Assembly: GCA_002269645.1 (NCBI GenBank)
Contig: NIVC01000040.1
Location: forward strand, 434,001-498,000
From: Macrostomum lignano
Taxonomy: Eukaryota
DNA length: 64,000 bases
Reading direction: 5' to 3'
The position numbers and the translations under genes are program-made. How positions within the stretch are numbered: the first letter of the stretch is position 1; every line of letters starts with the position of its first letter. Below are positions 58,490-64,000 of the stretch, in pieces. A model generated the notes under the pieces. That model had not been told where the DNA came from. It worked only from the letters and a program-made list of their open reading frames with translations, and ran no database searches.

Positions 58490-58537
58490 CGGTTGATTAG
58501 AATCCTCAGCATGACCTTTTTCCTCAGTTAATGTCAT
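58490..58537 (-). CDS. Candidate distal alternative first coding exon of ankyrin (MTLTEEKGHAEDSNQP)
   Basis: Strong pyrimidine tract and tandem acceptors (58623-58630), in-frame TAA TAG before ATG, donor CCG|GTAAGT phase 0; peptide resembles MLNEEDKG. Confidence 0.45.
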
Positions 58538-59753
58538 TTTGCAGAAAAATGACTATTAGAGACTGGCTATGAAAACTCTGGCAAATTGATTTACTGCCGC
58601 TGTAGTGAAATGATTTGAATGCCTAGAACTGGAAGAGAAATGAAAATGATGATTAATATAGGAAGTCTAAGAAATGCGGTCTGCAGTTTAAATCGGACGA
58701 AAATATTTTAATGAGTTCACAAAGACGTAAAACAAAATGGTAACGTATTCAGCAATTAAAAAGCTTTTTATAAAGCTAAATTTTATAAAAGTTTACATTT
58801 TATACTTTCTATTTTCCAATAAAATTCTCTACTTTTTTATTTTCTGCGCTAGTTTTACAGGAACTATATCCAATAACGTCATTCCTTCTGTATATCATGT
58901 TGTTTTGTCCATGGGGCGTGTTTTAAGACCTTTTTGAAATATACACATTTGTTGGCCACAACGCCGACAGGAATCCCAGCCAGCCTGCGTTCCTGAACCA
59001 GCTGATGGGGCGTCGATATGATGATTATAGGCAGCCTTCGTGCTGCTTACGAATTGCATTATGATAAAAAGAATTTATCCGCCTATGACAGTTCGTTTGG
59101 ACGCGATAGGACGCAATTAGTAGAGAACGCATTTACTGTAGCACTGAATGGGCCGGGTAATTTTGCCATTATCCGTTACAGCACAATCCAACGTCGGCGC
59201 GGTCGATGTCAGCCGAAGTTTCCGACGTGCATGATCTATCGAAGTCGCTGACAAGTAGGTACTTTTACATAACATCGATGGATCACGACGTTATACGTAG
59301 GCTGAACGTCGGTGCATGTACATTTAAGAGTGCGAATACATGTACTTTTTGTCATCGACCTCTATTGATGATGTATACATGTGGGATACTACTGGTACTA
59401 TTCGTCAGAGAAAATTCGATCCCTCCGCAAGAATATACATGTACTACATGACCGAACGTAGATGCACTAGCAAAATGACAAATACGTATCTTACAGTATA
59501 CGTCATGTATGGCATGTATTAGCTGCTTACATGTATCTCGCCACATCCATGCATGCATGCAGTTCATTATAAAAAAGCTATACTCATGAAGCAACATCGA
59601 AAAGTCGCCATCACAGAAGATTCCGTCTGTGGTCGCCAATTTTGAGAGTGCAGGTAAAGTCTCTCAATCTTGCGAGTGACGCAACTCAGCTACGCCGCGG
59701 CAGACTTGAGTTGAGAAATGAAGTGGGGGGGGGGGCAGTGTGCGAGGGTTTAA

Positions 59754-61759
59754 AGCAACCCTGATCAGTTTTTTTCATATCTTTTAATTCAGAATAGTCC
59801 AAGAGAAATATTGCTCACTGGCGCATAAGAGTGGCGACTAATGGTTCTGACTATGGATTTTCAGGCAGGAAATGGTCGCTCATTCCTGCCGTCAAATCCA
59901 TAGTCAGAACTATGTTGTCCCATCATTTCGAGGGCGCCACTAAGCATTAACCATAGACGAAACTAGCGGGCACAAAATTCATTCCTGCCCGCGTTCAAAT
60001 CTTTTCTGCCCGCCACTTTAGTCTGTGGTAATACTCAGGCTTTTTAAACTGTATTTTTGCAACAGCTGATAGAATCCTGAAGAAAAGAGCGAATATATAT
60101 ATATGGAAGTCAACAAGCACGACCACTAATTATTGAGCACGAGGCATGATCAATTTGCAAAGAATCGCCACTGGCGATATTAGTGGCTTGGATAGTGCTG
60201 AATTGGAATTCATGTCCAAACTGCGTCCATGAGCGCGAAGACGTCTGTCGATCAGTGGTCGGGATTGCCAATCCTGGACCTCAATGACGTGGAAACGTTT
60301 TTGGCGGAACTACGGACTCAGGAAGATTCGTATCGCGACTTAGATGTACAAGAACTAGAGGACATCAAACGACTTGAACAGTCGTCAAAGTCGGCATTCA
60401 CCTTAGCAACCACTAAGAATCAAATTAATCGGTTCAAGAAATTTCTTCGAGAGAAAAACCTGCCTGATGACATTGAAAGCTACGTACTTAGACGGCTATC
60501 TGCGCCTCTGGTACGTAAGTCTGCGAGCTAATCCTGCGCTTGGAACGAAGACCTATGCACCGGATACGATTCGAGGCTTTCGGGCTAGTATCCATCGATT
60601 TGTAAAGGAGGCAAACAGAGCTTGAGAAAGACGGTGTAAGACTCAGCTTCTATCTTTAACGCTGCATGGCTTTTGATGAAGCATTGATGAACTATTCTGC
60701 TATTGACGTATTGTTTATAAATGTACTTTTGTTATGCTGGCTAGCATGTACTGTTACTTCGATAAATTTATCTTTTTCTACGCTTAATAATAAATGCCAT
60801 AGACTAAAATCGCGGGCACACATTGACGATTCCGTGGGCCGTGCGGCCCGCAAAATCATGGGACAACTTTTCAATGTTGCTGAGTATAGTGTTGCTTCCT
60901 TTTTCTGTTGTTTATGGTCGTGCGGCTCGGATCTCTCTGGGGCTGCTGATTTTAGAATTTTAAAAGCGTGCTGTTGTACTGTGAGGCAGCGCCAAATGAA
61001 CTAAGATGCGAGAAGCAATTGCAGGGTAGAAAAGTCACAAAGGCTTGGAAGGCCGGTGCGCACTTATATTATAGTTAAACTATACTAACCATGCAGCATG
61101 ATTTAGCAAACACCAAACCCCCCACCCGGCCTAGGCCGGTCTGGGCAGACAGACAAACCCCCCAGCCAATCAGAATGCAAGACTCTAGGCGGCGTGCAAA
61201 ATTAAGCCGTATGCACAACACGTGCCATGTGCTCGTAGGCGCTTTTGTTTTCATATATATTCCCGTCAAGGATGCAGTACCAATTACATGTGTAGATACT
61301 GCAACTGAGTGAGTGCATCGATCGATTTCGCCAGGGGTTAGCGAAATGGGCGGCAACGCCTCCTCGCTGTTTCCGGACGCACGGAGCCCCCTGCAGCTAA
61401 GTCAAGTAAGTCAAGAGTGCATCGATCGGTTTTATTTTTTTTTTAATTTCTCGATGTCGCACTTTAAAATACATGTATCTCATTAACGTTCATTTGTATT
61501 AGCGTTGCTGATTGTTACGTAAGCATTTCACATGCATACATGTATGAATATCTAATGAGGTTCATAGTTTAATCGAGCTCATGTATATGTCCAATATGTT
61601 GTATACAAGAACCACTGCAAGTTGTATATATATTCAATACTTACAGTGGTCCCTAGAAGGTTTATCATCAAAGCATGTTTATATTCGGTTGTAACGATCA
61701 AGGTCATTGCACATGCACACGTAATACAGAAAAAAAAATTCATCAATATCAGAGTTCCT
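59754..61759. mobile_element. Candidate Kolobok-like non-autonomous element, 2006 bp
   Basis: TTAA on both flanks; termini AG...CT; 12-bp imperfect TIR AGCAACCCTGAT versus AGGAACTCTGAT. Confidence 0.4.
60229..60625 (+). pseudogene. Crypton/DUF3504-type tyrosine recombinase N-terminal remnant
   Basis: KSAFTLATTKNQINRFKKFLREKNLPDDIES, then after a frameshift at about 60485 YLDGYLRLWYVSLR...TYAPDTIRGFRASIHRF, matching the Crypton core-binding pattern as I recall it; catalytic domain absent. Confidence 0.65.
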
Positions 61760-61888
61760 TTAAATTCGTATTAAACAGTATCATTTTGGCGTCTTATATA
61801 GTTTTGCGTAGATAGCATAGTGCATTATACATATCGATCACATTTCCAGATGCTATTCGAGTCCTACTAGATATAAGCGAACCAATCT

Positions 61889-62125
61889 TCACAATCCTGC
61901 CAACAGACTCGCTTTCGTAATGCAGGTGTCCTTTTTATGACTGCAGCTTGTGCAACAAATCGAACTGTCTTTACTACAACAGGGCGATTTCAATGAGCAG
62001 TGCTCACCGATGCCGGCACAGTAGGCAACGTAGCGCTTGCTGACTCTGTTCATTATCAAGCTCATGCAGGCACAGGACGACTCGAGTAACAACAGAATGC
62101 AGATGGTTTGGTACAAATTCAACAT
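61889..62125 (-). CDS. Secreted cysteine-rich knottin/toxin-like prepropeptide, 78 aa
   Basis: True ATG with A at -3; hydrophobic N-terminus (TICILLLL), short pro-segment ending in KR, then 47 aa with C-x6-C-x5-CC-x6-CC-x2-C-x6-C. Confidence 0.7.
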   Translation of the reverse strand: MLNLYQTICILLLLESSCACMSLIMNRVSKRYVAYCAGIGEHCSLKSPCCSKDSSICCTSCSHKKDTCITKASLLAGL

Positions 62126-62749
62126 GATTTTAATATTAAATTTCTAATAGTGTAGTTGTTTAAAAGATTTTCTTGAATTCTCGATTTTCTTGAAAATCAT
62201 TCTCCAGTAGCACGCCTGATCGACTGTTGTCTATGGCTTGATATGAAAAAAACATTCCAGATTATCACAGATATGATAAAAACTATAAACATATGTATAT
62301 GGGGTAGAGTTCAAGCCGTCATCGACATGTGGCTATAGCTGGGTGGTTTACACATGTAGGTATAAATATAAATACATTTACGCAAAGTCTTGCGTTTTTC
62401 TGCTAGTTTTTTTTCTACAACAATCTTTAACATACATGTATATTACGAGCGTATTAGGTCGTCGAAGGCACATGCATGTACACATGTATAGGCTGATCAT
62501 AGAAAATTACTATGATCGATAGCTCGATCACAAATATGTACACGTACGACGTAAGGGATATGTACAGTTTCAGAACCGCACAAGAGAGACTAAGGTGACT
62601 CTGGCTTCAGCACTCCCCATGCATCGATCATTATGTGCACGTACATGTGCATCCTGATGTGTTATGTACATCTAGAAGTGCATGCGACTGACCTGCAGTA
62701 TCAGACGTATTCGATGTCGTATGTAGGCTCCTGAACAGATCCATTGTAA

Positions 62750-64000
62750 TTTTACTTGATTAGGTGCAGACTCTGTAGGTCCCCATGTCTGCCGGAGGGG
62801 CACGGAACCGCGGCACGAGATTGCTGACAGTTCTGGGTGCCCGCCCAACTGTCCCTGCGAAGGGAATCAGCCCAGTCATCGATCTGACGATTGACGACCG
62901 CAGAAGGGATAGGGACCAGAGGAACAGGGCCAGAGAAAGAGCCAGAGACGCCCCTCTTGGCGTGGGTGTCTGCCAGCTGGTGCCCCAGAAACCCTGCGTG
63001 CCCTGGGATCCACTTCAGCCTGACAGTATTGCTACTGGCCATGCAGGAGGTTGAGCTGCCGGGCGCAGTCGGCGATTGTCCGGGAGTTCGTGGTGGTGTG
63101 GCAAAGGGCCTGTAAGGCCGCTTGGCTGTCAGAATGGAAGACGACGTCCCTCCTCTCGTACCCTTGGCATTCAGTTCTGCGGCGCGGGAGATGATAGCAA
63201 GGACTTCGTTCTGGAAGACCATATGGAGAGTCTGCCAGTGTGCTTGGCATGCGTGATAATGAAGTGGCCGTTATTTATGATGCAGACCCAAACGCCAGCG
63301 TGGCCGTCTTTGATGGATCCGTCCGTGTAGCAATCCATTCCGTCCCCGAGGGTATCAGGGGACGGACCAGATGCCACCGTAGCTCTGCGAATGGGGTCAG
63401 GCCGAGAATCATCGATAACCATATTCCAGAGAACTGGAGACAGAACCCCACCTTTCGGGCTACCTTTGCAGACGGGGACTGTCCTCTGGTAGCCCAGCCA
63501 GACTGGCGGTGGCCGAGCGATGGCTGATCACGTACATGATCCACCTGGTGAGATGTGAGTGCGATCGCCTCCCACAGAGAGCTCTTCGGAACGCCTCCAG
63601 GAAGTCCAGGAAGATCCCCAGAGCAAAGCCGTTTCAAACACGGCCTTCTCTAGTTTATCAACCAGGACGGGCAGCGCGCTTTCAGTGGAGCGACCCGCCC
63701 GAAAAGCGTGCTGGTTCTCGCTGAGGGGTTTGTTATTCAGCTCAACAGTGAGAGGCGCCAAAGCACCAGTCTCTCCATCAGCTTGACCAGGGAGGAGGTC
63801 AAGCTGATCGGTCTGAAGGATTTGATAGAATGGTAGTCCGGGCGGCCTGGCTTAGGGATGAAAATCACCTTTGCCTCGGTCCATGCCTGTGGGACATAAC
63901 CAAGCGTGATGCATGCCCGAAAAAGGCTGCAAAGTTTACGCAGGAAGCCTGGGCATTTAACCGCCTCTCTTAGGAGGGCCGGTACAATACCGTCGGGTCC
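62750..64000 (-). mobile_element. Decayed non-LTR retrotransposon with RT and RNase H (I group, Loa/R1-like), cut by window edge
   Basis: GPDGI, AKVIFIPKPG, FRPISLTS, QHAFRAGRSTESAL, LGIFLDF, GGVLSPVLWN; RNase H YTDGS, SDSQAALQAL, WIPGH; many frameshifts; YADD missing. Confidence 0.9.

Noticed and set aside
59018-59639. Short ORFs in the CpG-rich segment
   Set aside because: No domain motifs, signal peptide or splice support.

Overview
Eukaryotic (metazoan) genomic DNA. GC-rich exons separated by introns packed with 18-67 bp minisatellites suggest a flatworm such as Macrostomum; this is inference only. Most of the window is one minus-strand canonical ankyrin gene (ANK1-3/unc-44 type: ANK repeats, linker, ZU5-ZU5-UPA, death domain, acidic tail). 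I reconstructed it by hand from GT-AG boundaries and reading phases. The minimal isoform is about 1575 aa from 44274 down to 6250 and probably continues past the left edge. The gene has several candidate alternative first coding exons and a cluster of frame-preserving cassette exons in the ANK-ZU5 linker. Mobile DNA: a very young 4632-bp Ty3/Gypsy LTR element (identical 358-bp LTRs, CATAG TSD), a near-intact DD34D mariner, an internally deleted mariner, two tRNA/CORE-like SINE copies, an orphan hAT end, a Crypton-like tyrosine-recombinase remnant inside a TTAA-flanked Kolobok-like unit, and a decayed RT+RNase H LINE at the right edge. About 30 tandem arrays explain nearly all the long ORFs in the supplied track. 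The best novel candidate is a 78-aa secreted cystine-knot (C-C-CC-CC-C-C) prepropeptide at 61889-62125. Other leads are the combinatorial ankyrin linker exons, inverted (GACA)n/(TGTC)n arrays that could pair in the pre-mRNA, a UTR-less Gypsy architecture and a sharply bounded CpG-depleted domain. All coordinates and counts were read by eye; no database searches were run.
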